A DNA stretch of 64,000 bases, taken from assembly GCA_049603795.1 (NCBI GenBank), contig JBMYSY010000019.1:2870-66869 (forward strand). Reading direction: 5' to 3'. Below the pieces are notes generated by a model, which was given only the letters and a program-made list of their open reading frames with translations, was not told the origin of the DNA and did not search any database. The position numbers and the translations under genes were made by a program. The DNA is from Magnetovibrionaceae bacterium (GTDB lineage: Bacteria > Pseudomonadota > Alphaproteobacteria > Rhodospirillales > JBMYSY01). Below, in pieces: positions 26,456 through 34,754 of this stretch (positions are counted from its first letter, which is position 1; each line of letters begins with the position of its first letter).

Positions 26456-26980
26456 ATGTTCTCAGATAACGAAGAAAACCTTCAGCGCGCAAGAGATCGC
26501 GCGGCGACCATCAACTCGTTTTTCTTAAACTTTCATAGTGGTCTTCCGTCGGCGGTGAGAAGCGCGACTTACCTCTCCAAGGCAAAGTTGCTCATGGCCG
26601 TCATGAGTTATTACATCGATATTGATCGCCTTAAGGACTTTCATATGGGCGAGTCGGACCGGTTGGTAAACCGCTACAAGGTAGCCGCCTATACGGCGAA
26701 ATGGTTGGTAAAGCTGTCTCCAATCCAACTTGACGAGGACCGCGACCGGCAATGCCTACATCATCACATAACCCTGGTGATGAACGCGGCCTTTGCCTTA
26801 TGCGTGCTATGCCATTTCGCAAACATCAATCCGAACACGGTGGGCCACACCGTCGCAAAAGAATTGATGTACAATCTCCACTATCGTTTGCTCGAGGCGG
26901 ATCTCCTGGCACAGTATCTGAAGGTTCTGAGTGAGAGAAACCCCGGGCAGAATGATGCCTTTTCGGACTTGCAGGAATGA
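26456..26980 (+). CDS. Hypothetical helical protein (174 aa)
   Basis: Low-GC ORF whose stop overlaps the cmk start (ATGA at 26977-26980). I recognise no family. A weak R-x4-H string (RQCLHH) is present. Confidence 0.65.
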   Translation: MFSDNEENLQRARDRAATINSFFLNFHSGLPSAVRSATYLSKAKLLMAVMSYYIDIDRLKDFHMGESDRLVNRYKVAAYTAKWLVKLSPIQLDEDRDRQCLHHHITLVMNAAFALCVLCHFANINPNTVGHTVAKELMYNLHYRLLEADLLAQYLKVLSERNPGQNDAFSDLQE

Positions 26981-27615
26981 CGGTCATTGCCATTGACGGT
27001 CCGGCCGCTGCCGGAAAGGGGACGCTCGCCAAGCGACTGGCGGGCCATCTGGACTTTGCCCTTTTGGACACGGGCCTCCTCTATCGCGCGGTCGGTTGGA
27101 AGGTGTTGGAAGCCGGGGCTGATCCGGAAGATGAGGCGGCGGCGCTTTCGCAGGCAAAGGCGCTGACCGTCGAGGACCTGAAGAGCGATCAGTTGCGCCG
27201 GGATGAGACAGCCCAGGCCGCATCCAAGGTGGCCGTGATCCAGTCCGTCCGGGCAGAGCTGCTGGCCTTCCAGCGCGACTTCGCCACCAAGCCGCCGCTG
27301 GGCGCGAAGGGTGCCATTCTGGATGGGCGCGATATCGGTACCGTGGTCTGCCCGGATGCGGATGCCAAACTCTTTGTGACCGCCAGTGTCGAGGTTCGTT
27401 CCGCACGGCGGGTGAAAGAGTTGCGGGACCGGGGCGAAGAGGTTATAGAAGCGCGCGTTCTTCAGGATATGAAGGACAGGGACGAACGGGATCAATCCCG
27501 TGCGACCGCGCCTTTGAAGCCGGCGGAAGACGCCCATGTGATTGATACCAGTGACATGGACGCCGATCAGGCTCTCAAAGCGGCCCTGGCCGTCATCTCC
27601 CAAAAGATCGCTTGA
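26977..27615 (+). CDS. cmk: Cytidylate kinase
   Basis: MTVIAIDGPAAAGKGTLAKRLA P-loop and the classic position between aroA and rpsA. Confidence 0.95.
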   Translation: MTVIAIDGPAAAGKGTLAKRLAGHLDFALLDTGLLYRAVGWKVLEAGADPEDEAAALSQAKALTVEDLKSDQLRRDETAQAASKVAVIQSVRAELLAFQRDFATKPPLGAKGAILDGRDIGTVVCPDADAKLFVTASVEVRSARRVKELRDRGEEVIEARVLQDMKDRDERDQSRATAPLKPAEDAHVIDTSDMDADQALKAALAVISQKIA

Positions 27616-27745
27616 ACCGAGCCTTTCAAGAGCCCGAGCCGCAAGAAGCTCCGGGCCCTTAGGGCTTTTTGCTGTTGTTTTAAGACCACCGGAACCAACC
27701 GGTCGGCCAGAAACACGAATAGACGGAAAGGACGACCCTTTAATC

Positions 27746-29437
27746 ATGACTATGGAAAACTTTGCGGACCTTCTGGAAGAGTCCCTTGGCGAAAGCCGGC
27801 TGGATGGCCGCGTCGTCAAAGGCTCGATCGTGAAAATCGACAACGACGCGGTACTCATCGACGTCGGTCTGAAATCCGAAGGCCGTGTGCCCCTGAAAGA
27901 ATTTCTGTCCCCGGGCCAGGACAAGTCCGAAATCAACACCGGTGATTTCGTCGACATCTTCATCGAACGCTACGAAGACAAGGACGGTGTGATCCGTCTC
28001 AGCCGTGAAAAGGCGCGTCGTGAAGAAGCCTGGACCGAACTGGAGAAGGCCTTCGAGGCCAATGAACGCGTCAACGGCGTGATCTTCGGCCGCGTCAAGG
28101 GCGGCTTCATCGTCGACCTGTCGGGTGCCGTGGCCTTCTTGCCGGGCTCCCAGGTGGATATCCGGCCTGTGCGCGACATCCAGCCGCTGATGGGGACGCC
28201 GCAACCGTTCCAGATCCTGAAGATGGACCGGCTACGCAACAACATCGTTGTATCCCGCCGGGCGGTGCTCGAGGAAACCCGCGCCGAACAGCGGTCCGAG
28301 CTGATCGCGAACCTGTCCGAAGGCCAAGTGCTCGATGGTATCGTCAAGAACATCACCGACTACGGTGCCTTCGTCGATCTCGGCGGTGTGGACGGCCTCT
28401 TGCATGTCACCGACATCGCCTGGCGTCGCATCAACCACCCGTCGGAAGCGCTGCAGATCGGTCAGACCGTCAAGGTTCAGGTCATCCGCTTCAACTCGGA
28501 AACCCAGCGCATCAGCCTCGGCATGAAGCAGCTGGAAGCCGACCCCTGGGAAAGCGTGGCGGCCAAGTACCCGGTCAATGCCAAGCTGCAGGGCCGCGTC
28601 ACCAACATCACCGACTACGGCGCCTTCGTGGAGCTGGAGCCGGGCGTCGAAGGTCTGGTGCACGTCTCCGAAATGTCCTGGACCAAGAAGAACGTCCACC
28701 CGGGCAAGATCGTTTCCACCTCTCAGGAAGTGGAAGTCATGGTCCTGGATACCGATTCCGACAAGCGCCGGATCAGCCTGGGCCTCAAGCAGTGCCTGTC
28801 CAACCCCTGGGAAGACTTCATGGTCAACCAGCCGGTGGGCTCGACCATCGAAGGCGAGATCAAGAACATCACCGAATTCGGTCTGTTCATTGGCCTTCCG
28901 GGCGAAATCGACGGCATGGCTCACCTGAGCGACCTCAGCTGGTCCCAATCCGGCGAAGAAGCCCTGGCTTCCTTCACCAAGGGTGACATGGTCACGGCCA
29001 AGGTTCTCGACATCGATATTGCCAAGGAGCGTATCAGCCTCGGCATCAAGCAGCTGGACGAGGATCCGTTCGAAAATGCCGTGTCTTCCGGCGTCAAGAA
29101 GGGCGAAATCGTCACCTGCACCGTGGTCGGCACCAACGATGGTGGCGTCGAGGTCGAGCTGGCCGATGGCCTGACCGGCTTCATCCGCAAGGCCGAACTG
29201 AGCCGCGACCGCTCCGAGCAACGCCCGGACCGCTTCGCCGCCGGCGACAAGGTCGACGCCAAGGTGACCCAGGTGGACCGCCGCGACCGCAAGGTCTCGC
29301 TCTCGGTCAAGCAGCTGGAAGTGGCCGAAGAGAAGAAGGCCATGGAAGAATATGGCTCTTCCGATTCCGGCGCGACGCTCGGCGACATCTTGGGCGCTGC
29401 CATGAAGAAGAAAGACGAACAGGGCCAAGGCGACTAA
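27746..29437 (+). CDS. rpsA: 30S ribosomal protein S1
   Basis: Six S1 repeats (e.g. G.V..I.D.GAFVDLGG.DGLLH.S). Start chosen at MTMENFADLLEES. Confidence 0.95.
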   Translation: MTMENFADLLEESLGESRLDGRVVKGSIVKIDNDAVLIDVGLKSEGRVPLKEFLSPGQDKSEINTGDFVDIFIERYEDKDGVIRLSREKARREEAWTELEKAFEANERVNGVIFGRVKGGFIVDLSGAVAFLPGSQVDIRPVRDIQPLMGTPQPFQILKMDRLRNNIVVSRRAVLEETRAEQRSELIANLSEGQVLDGIVKNITDYGAFVDLGGVDGLLHVTDIAWRRINHPSEALQIGQTVKVQVIRFNSETQRISLGMKQLEADPWESVAAKYPVNAKLQGRVTNITDYGAFVELEPGVEGLVHVSEMSWTKKNVHPGKIVSTSQEVEVMVLDTDSDKRRISLGLKQCLSNPWEDFMVNQPVGSTIEGEIKNITEFGLFIGLPGEIDGMAHLSDLSWSQSGEEALASFTKGDMVTAKVLDIDIAKERISLGIKQLDEDPFENAVSSGVKKGEIVTCTVVGTNDGGVEVELADGLTGFIRKAELSRDRSEQRPDRFAAGDKVDAKVTQVDRRDRKVSLSVKQLEVAEEKKAMEEYGSSDSGATLGDILGAAMKKKDEQGQGD

Positions 29438-29474
29438 ACCTTTGTCTTTGAGTGATCCTTCACATTAGGATCAG

Positions 29475-29515
29475 GGGCCGGAGCGTCGACAGGCTGCTCC
29501 GGCCCTTTTCGTTTT
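29475..29515 (+). terminator. Rho-independent terminator after rpsA
   Basis: GGGCCGGAGC (29475-29484), an 11-nt loop, GCTCCGGCCC (29496-29505), then TTTTCGTTTT. Confidence 0.8.
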
Positions 29516-29589
29516 GAAGTTGAAGGAATAGGCCGCTGTCGTCTGACCTTTCCGCGCGGGAGATCGACTCCCTGCTCGACCGCCGCCGG

Positions 29590-30465
29590 TTGAAACGTCG
29601 CCTTGTCTTTTGGCGCGTGTTGACCCTGGGGGCCCTTTTGCTGGCCGGTCTTGCGTTTATCGGCCAGGTCCCGGAAGCGGCGATTTCGACCGGCGATCAG
29701 GTTGCCCGCATCCATGTGGAAGACGTGATCTTCCACGACCCCTATGCCCTCGACGTGATCAGCGAGATTGGCGAGGCCGAGGGGGTTAAGGCCCTGCTGG
29801 TCCATATCGACAGTCCCGGCGGGACTGTTGTGGGGGGGGAGACACTCTATAAGGCGCTCCGCGATGTGGCGGCGGACAAGCCCGTCGTTGCCCTGATGGG
29901 CGAACTGGCAACCAGTGCCGGTTACATGACCGCCATCGGCGCAGACCGGATTTATGCCCACGAAGGCACAATCACCGGTTCAATCGGGGTCATCATGCAG
30001 ACCGCCGACCTGACCGGTCTGTTGGACAAGCTCGGAATCAAGCCAGAGACCATCAAATCGGGCGAGTTGAAGGCCGTGCCGAACCCGCTTGAGCCGATGA
30101 CGGAGCGCGCGCGGACCGCCGTCGAAGCGACGGTGGTGGACTTCTTCGGCTACTTCAAAGGCCTCGTTCAGGACCGCCGGGGCTATGAAGCCTCCGAAAT
30201 CGAGCGCTTGGCCGATGGTCGGGTCTACACGGGTCGTCAGGCCCTGGAAAATCGGCTGATTGACGCCATCGGTGACGAGGGCGATGCGCTCGATTGGTTG
30301 GTTTCCGAGCAGGGCCTGGACGCTGAGATACCAGTGGTGGACTGGAACATTGTCGAGCCCGAGGACAGCCTGGAAGCGCTTCTTGGCGCTTTTTCGGGAA
30401 AAGCGCTTGTTTCAGAAATACTTACACTTGACGGTCTGATTTCGCTTTGGCACCCTGCCAGATAA
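29590..30465 (+). CDS. sppA: Signal peptide peptidase SppA (36K type)
   Basis: TM anchor followed by IDSPGGTV...SAGYM...GSIGV motifs. The conserved-looking N-terminus (DSLLDRRRLKRR) continues upstream of the TTG at 29590 as far as a CTG at 29536. No canonical start is visible there, so the start is uncertain. Confidence 0.85.
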   Translation: MKRRLVFWRVLTLGALLLAGLAFIGQVPEAAISTGDQVARIHVEDVIFHDPYALDVISEIGEAEGVKALLVHIDSPGGTVVGGETLYKALRDVAADKPVVALMGELATSAGYMTAIGADRIYAHEGTITGSIGVIMQTADLTGLLDKLGIKPETIKSGELKAVPNPLEPMTERARTAVEATVVDFFGYFKGLVQDRRGYEASEIERLADGRVYTGRQALENRLIDAIGDEGDALDWLVSEQGLDAEIPVVDWNIVEPEDSLEALLGAFSGKALVSEILTLDGLISLWHPAR

Positions 30466-30614
30466 CCGGCAAGGTCAGCGCAAGTGGCGGGGCCTGGTCG
30501 AGCAGAGGGACGAACGAGCGGCCCGTAAAGAACGGGCTGACTGAACGATAAACAGGGGTGGGTCTGCCAGAAGGGGGCCTTCGCCACAGCCGTTGAGCAG
30601 AGGGGCCTGCGGGC

Positions 30615-30899
30615 ATGACCAAGTCCGAACTCATTCAAAAAATTGCCGAATCTAATCCGCATCTTTATCAGCGCGATGTGGAAAGAATCGTGACGACGAT
30701 TTTTGACGAGATCACCAACACGCTGTCCCAGGGCGACCGGGTCGAACTGCGGGGCTTCGGTGCTTTCTCCGTCAAGGAACGCGGTGCTCGCGTGGGCCGC
30801 AACCCGCGCACCGGAGAGGCGGTGGATGTGGATGCGAAATACATCCCCTATTTCAAAACCGGCAAACAGCTGCGCGAAAAGCTGAACACGGACGGTTGA
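30615..30899 (+). CDS. ihfB: Integration host factor subunit beta
   Basis: [26 protein letters not shown]...[27 protein letters not shown]. Confidence 0.95.
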   Translation: MTKSELIQKIAESNPHLYQRDVERIVTTIFDEITNTLSQGDRVELRGFGAFSVKERGARVGRNPRTGEAVDVDAKYIPYFKTGKQLREKLNTDG

Positions 30900-30961
30900 T
30901 TTCGAGGCCTCTCGGTGGAGAGGCCGTATTTGTGACATTCAGATAGAGTGAAGGGGCAGAC

Positions 30962-31375
30962 ATGGGCATCATCAGCTGGTTGATCGTGCTGATCTTGGGC
31001 GCTGTTGTTGCGGCACTGGGCGTGGCCAACCGGGGCGATGTGACCGTCAGTCTGGACCCTGTTCCTTTCCAGCTTGATCTGCCGATCGCCCTTGTGGTGG
31101 GCGGGGCGATCCTGCTGGGTTTCTTCTGGGGCTACTTCACGTCTTGGGTCGGTGGGGCAAAGTTCCGCCGCGCCGCCCGCATTCGGGCCCATACCATCGA
31201 GATCACGGAACGCGAGCTGAAAACCACCAAGGACCGCCTGACCCGTGCAAACCAGCGTGTCGCGGCCCTGGAAAAACAGCTCTCGGAGCAGGCGGGCGAC
31301 GCGTCAGCCTTGCCGAAACCGGGGCCGAAACCCGGTGCTACCCCGGCCCTGCCCAAGCCGACAAAAGCGGCGTGA
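30962..31375 (+). CDS. LapA-domain (DUF1049) inner-membrane protein
   Basis: Two TM helices then a coiled C-terminus. It sits in the conserved position after ihfB. Confidence 0.7.
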   Translation: MGIISWLIVLILGAVVAALGVANRGDVTVSLDPVPFQLDLPIALVVGGAILLGFFWGYFTSWVGGAKFRRAARIRAHTIEITERELKTTKDRLTRANQRVAALEKQLSEQAGDASALPKPGPKPGATPALPKPTKAA

Positions 31376-31512
31376 AGTAACGCCTGCCCTTCAGAAAATC
31401 CAGGATTTCCCTCTGCTGGATCGGCGCGAACGCCTCAGAAAATCTGCAGGTCGAATTTCGGACCACTCCCGTGACCCGGTTTTTGGCCTGAATAAGCCTC
31501 TAGCCAAGCCCC

Positions 31513-33030
31513 TCAGCGGGCCGTGACGGTGACGAGGGCGGCGTCATCGAGTGGGGGGGGCTTATCGGAGGTCATGCGCGCAACGGTCGCCTCGGCGGTT
31601 CCGCAGATGCGATAGGTCGTTGCCAGGGCGTCCACCTCTTCCGCCGTCTCCGCGAGACCGTCCGAGAAGATGAGCAACCGGTCGTCGGCCCGGAGATCGA
31701 TGGTGGCTTGCCGGAACGCCTCCGTCGTCGGAAGGCCGAGCAGTGGGCCGTCGGTGTCGATCCGCTGGGAGCTCTCACCTTTCAGGAGTAGCGGTGGCGG
31801 ATGGCCGGCGGAGGCAATGCTGAGGGGCCCGTTGTCCGCCAGGCCGAGGACCAACCCGCTGGCCAGGGTCTCAGAGAAAAGCGGGTCGCCCGACATGACG
31901 TCGGAGAGCGCGCCCAGCAGGTCGGCGGGGCCTGAGAGGCTGGCGTCCCGGGCAAGGCCGCTGAGGCAGCCGGAAAGGCCCTGGGCCAGGAAAGACGCGG
32001 TTTCGTCATGGCCCATGACGTCGATCAGGACGATGGCCTGCCAGCCCTTCAGAGCGAAATGACGCAGCAGATCGCCGCCGCCGATGCCGGCGGGCCGGAC
32101 GACGCCTTCGATCCCAAACCGGCCGATCTGTCCGGGCAGATGGGGTGCCATGGCCTCGTTAATTCGTCGATCGACGCGCATGCCATGGCTGCTGGTCAGT
32201 TGCCGTGACCGGTTGAGGACGCGGTCGAGCACGGCCAGCAGGCGGTCTTTGGTCACGGGTTTTTCCAGATAGTCATCGATCCCGAGGGGTGTCGCGGCGG
32301 CCCGGCTCTCGGCGTCCTGGCGCCCGGTGAGGAAGAGGAAGGGGAGGGTCGCGCCGTCTTCCCGCTCGGCCAGGGTCTTGCGCAGGCCAAAACCATCCAG
32401 CCCCGGCAGCGAAATGTCCGAGATGATGACGTCAGCAGTTCCGGGCGCTTTTCCGGGCGCTTTTCCGGGTTTGGCGGCCAGATAGCTCTCCGCGCTGTCG
32501 AAAACCTCGATCCGAAAACGCTCCCGGACAAAGAGCGAAACCAGGCGCTGAAAGGCCGGGTCGTCCTCGATCAGGTGGACCAGGGGGCGTCGGTCGGGCG
32601 GTGTCGGGCCTGTGAAGTGGAGCAGATGGTGGTTGAGGCCATCATCGGACAACAGCGCGCTTCGGTAAGACAAGCCCCCGGCGGACTGGCTGGCGAGAGC
32701 AAGTCCCATGCCCCCTTCCAACAGTTCGCCCCGGAGATCCCGGGTCCGGGCCACCTGCAAGGCGTTCTCGCTCTCTTCGAAGGCCCCGCCGTCGTCGGAG
32801 ATATCGAGAGCCCAGGTTTCGCCGGGCGTGAGCGTGACCACAAGGGCTGTCGCCTTTGGCTCTCCATGGCGGACGATGTTGGTGAAAATCTCGGAGGCGG
32901 CGAGCAGCAGACGACCGGCCTCCGTCTGGTCAAACCCGGCAGCGCTCAGGCGCGGGAGCAGACCGGCACGCAGGCGCGCCGGTCCCTCCAGGTTCGCATC
33001 GAATGTCTGCCGCCAAACCTCAGGCTGCAT
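31513..33030 (-). CDS. Fusion protein: RsbW-like anti-sigma Ser kinase (HATPase) domain, receiver domain and PP2C/SpoIIE phosphatase
   Basis: N-terminus is AASEIFTNIVRHG...LDISDDGGAF (HATPase_c_2-like). Middle is LIEDDPAF...DVIISDISLPGLDG...YLEKP (REC). C-terminus is GGDLL...LIDVMGHD...DDAALVTV (SpoIIE). Its start overlaps the glmM stop by 11 nt. Confidence 0.85.
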   Translation of the reverse strand: MQPEVWRQTFDANLEGPARLRAGLLPRLSAAGFDQTEAGRLLLAASEIFTNIVRHGEPKATALVVTLTPGETWALDISDDGGAFEESENALQVARTRDLRGELLEGGMGLALASQSAGGLSYRSALLSDDGLNHHLLHFTGPTPPDRRPLVHLIEDDPAFQRLVSLFVRERFRIEVFDSAESYLAAKPGKAPGKAPGTADVIISDISLPGLDGFGLRKTLAEREDGATLPFLFLTGRQDAESRAAATPLGIDDYLEKPVTKDRLLAVLDRVLNRSRQLTSSHGMRVDRRINEAMAPHLPGQIGRFGIEGVVRPAGIGGGDLLRHFALKGWQAIVLIDVMGHDETASFLAQGLSGCLSGLARDASLSGPADLLGALSDVMSGDPLFSETLASGLVLGLADNGPLSIASAGHPPPLLLKGESSQRIDTDGPLLGLPTTEAFRQATIDLRADDRLLIFSDGLAETAEEVDALATTYRICGTAEATVARMTSDKPPPLDDAALVTVTAR

Positions 33031-34387
33031 TCTCGAGTTCCTCTGCGATGCGCATGACGGCTTCGCGGATGGCAGTGGCGTCTTCGCCTTCGCCCAGGAT
33101 CCGGATCAGGGGCTCCGTACCCGAGGCACGCACAAGCAAGCGGCCTTTGTCTTCCAACTGCGCGGTCTCGCGGTCAATGGCGGACTTCACGGCTTGATCA
33201 TCCAGGATTGCCTTGTTCGCTGTTCGAACATTTTGCTGGCTTTGCGCGAAGGGTGTAAAGCGGGTGCAGATTTCACTCGCCGGGCGTTCGTCCACAACCA
33301 GGGCCGCCAGAACCTGCAACGCGGCCACAAGGCCGTCACCGGTCGTGGCCCCTTTCCCGATGATCACATGGCCGGAGGATTCTCCACCCAGCACGGCCCC
33401 GGTTTCGCGCATCATCCGGACGACATTGCGGTCCCCGACCGGCGCACGGTGCAGCACGATGTCCTGGTCCGACAGGTGCTTGTCGAGGGCCATGTTCGAC
33501 ATGACGCTGGCAACCGCACCGCCGCTGCTTAAGGTCCCGGCCTTTTTCATGCGGGCTGCCACCAGCGCGATGATCTGATCGCCGTCGATGACCTGGCCTT
33601 TCTCGTCACAGAGGATCAATCGGTCACCGTCGCCGTCGAAGGCGATGCCCAAGTCGGCTCCGGTGCGGATGACCTCCGCCCGCAGGGCCCGCGTATCGGT
33701 CGATCCGCAGTCCTGGTTGATGTTGAAGCCGTCCGGCTCGCAGCCGATGACGGAAATATCGGCACCCAGTTCGCTCAGGACCTGAGGGGCCACGCGATAG
33801 GTGGCACCATGGGCACAGTCGACGACCAGTCGCATGCCTTCGAGGGTCAGGTCTGTGGGAAAGCTGCGCTTGGCGGATTCGATGTAGCGCGCGACGGCAT
33901 CGTCCAGGCGTTTGGCACGGCCCAGTTCATCGGCCTCGACGCGAAGGGTCGTGAGATCGCCTTGGACCAGGGCTTCAATCTCGTCCTGTTCGGCATCCGA
34001 AATCTTGTAGCCGTCGGATCCGAACATCTTGATGCCGTTGTCGGTGTAGGGATTGTGCGAGGCCGTGATCATGATGCCGAAATCCGCCCTCAACGAGGTC
34101 GTCAGCATCGAGACCGCCGGGGTCGGCATGGGGCCCAGCAGAACCGGATCGACCCCACCGGAGACCAGACCCGCGGTCAGGGCGGATTCGATCATGTAGC
34201 CGGAAAGGCGGGTATCCTTGCCGATCACCACACGGTGACGAGTTTCGCCCTTGGCAGCCGGATTGCGCGGGGTGCGAGACCGGAGAACCTTGGCGATGGC
34301 TAGGCCCACTTTCAGGACCGTGCAGGGGGACATCGCGTCGGCGTTTGCCTTGGCGCGGATGCCGTCGGTGCCGAAGAGTTTCGTCAT
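33020..34387 (-). CDS. glmM: Phosphoglucosamine mutase
   Basis: MTKLFGTDGIRAKAN, the active-site TASHNP, and the GEQSGH-like GESSGH. Confidence 0.95.
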   Translation of the reverse strand: MTKLFGTDGIRAKANADAMSPCTVLKVGLAIAKVLRSRTPRNPAAKGETRHRVVIGKDTRLSGYMIESALTAGLVSGGVDPVLLGPMPTPAVSMLTTSLRADFGIMITASHNPYTDNGIKMFGSDGYKISDAEQDEIEALVQGDLTTLRVEADELGRAKRLDDAVARYIESAKRSFPTDLTLEGMRLVVDCAHGATYRVAPQVLSELGADISVIGCEPDGFNINQDCGSTDTRALRAEVIRTGADLGIAFDGDGDRLILCDEKGQVIDGDQIIALVAARMKKAGTLSSGGAVASVMSNMALDKHLSDQDIVLHRAPVGDRNVVRMMRETGAVLGGESSGHVIIGKGATTGDGLVAALQVLAALVVDERPASEICTRFTPFAQSQQNVRTANKAILDDQAVKSAIDRETAQLEDKGRLLVRASGTEPLIRILGEGEDATAIREAVMRIAEELENAA

Positions 34388-34518
34388 GCCGGAAAGTCCT
34401 CGTCGAAGATCATGTCGCCCTCGGCCCAGTTCCAATCGTCGAGGGAAAGATCATTGGCGAAGCCGTTGATCAGGGTTTCGGAGTTGACGTCTTCGATTTC
34501 GTTCCAGTTTTTGGCCAT
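34384..34518 (-). CDS. Small acidic protein (44 aa), translationally coupled to glmM
   Basis: AGGAGG lies 6 nt upstream of the ATG at 34518. The product is MAKNWNEIEDVNSETLINGFANDLSLDDWNWAEGDMIFDEDFPA. The stop overlaps the glmM ATG (ATGA). A sigma-54 promoter lies upstream. Confidence 0.5.
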   Translation of the reverse strand: MAKNWNEIEDVNSETLINGFANDLSLDDWNWAEGDMIFDEDFPA

Positions 34519-34555
34519 CGGGGCCTCCTGTCTCAAAAGGGTTTGAACGTTCAAG

Positions 34556-34572
34556 AGCAAGGGCGATGCCAA
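34556..34572 (-). promoter_or_regulatory. Sigma-54 promoter (P1): TTGGCATC-GCCC-TTGCT
   Basis: The minus strand reads CTTTGGCATCGCCCTTGCTCTTGAACGTTCAA. The -12 GC lies 39 nt upstream of ATG 34518. The promoter is divergent from the LuxO-like activator gene. A perfect 12-bp palindrome TTGAACGTTCAA (34543-34554) spans the predicted start. Confidence 0.65.
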
Positions 34573-34754
34573 AGGTCTAAGTTATTGAAAAATATATTTT
34601 GTTTTTCCAGCCGCCTGGTTTCTCCGGCTTGTTTTTTCGCATCCTGCGACGGCTCGTTTTCAAAATGCGGCGCAGCCCGGACCCCACCATCGGGAGAATT
34701 GCGGGGGTCAGGCCGAACCGCTACGGTTATCCCGAATCCAAAGGAGGTAGACCG

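Noticed and set aside
34616-34631. TGGTTTCTCCGGCTTG upstream of the LuxO-like gene as a plus-strand sigma-54 promoter
   Set aside because: The GG-to-GC spacing is 2 nt too short (GG-N8-GC instead of GG-N10-GC), and there is no TTGC at the -12 position.
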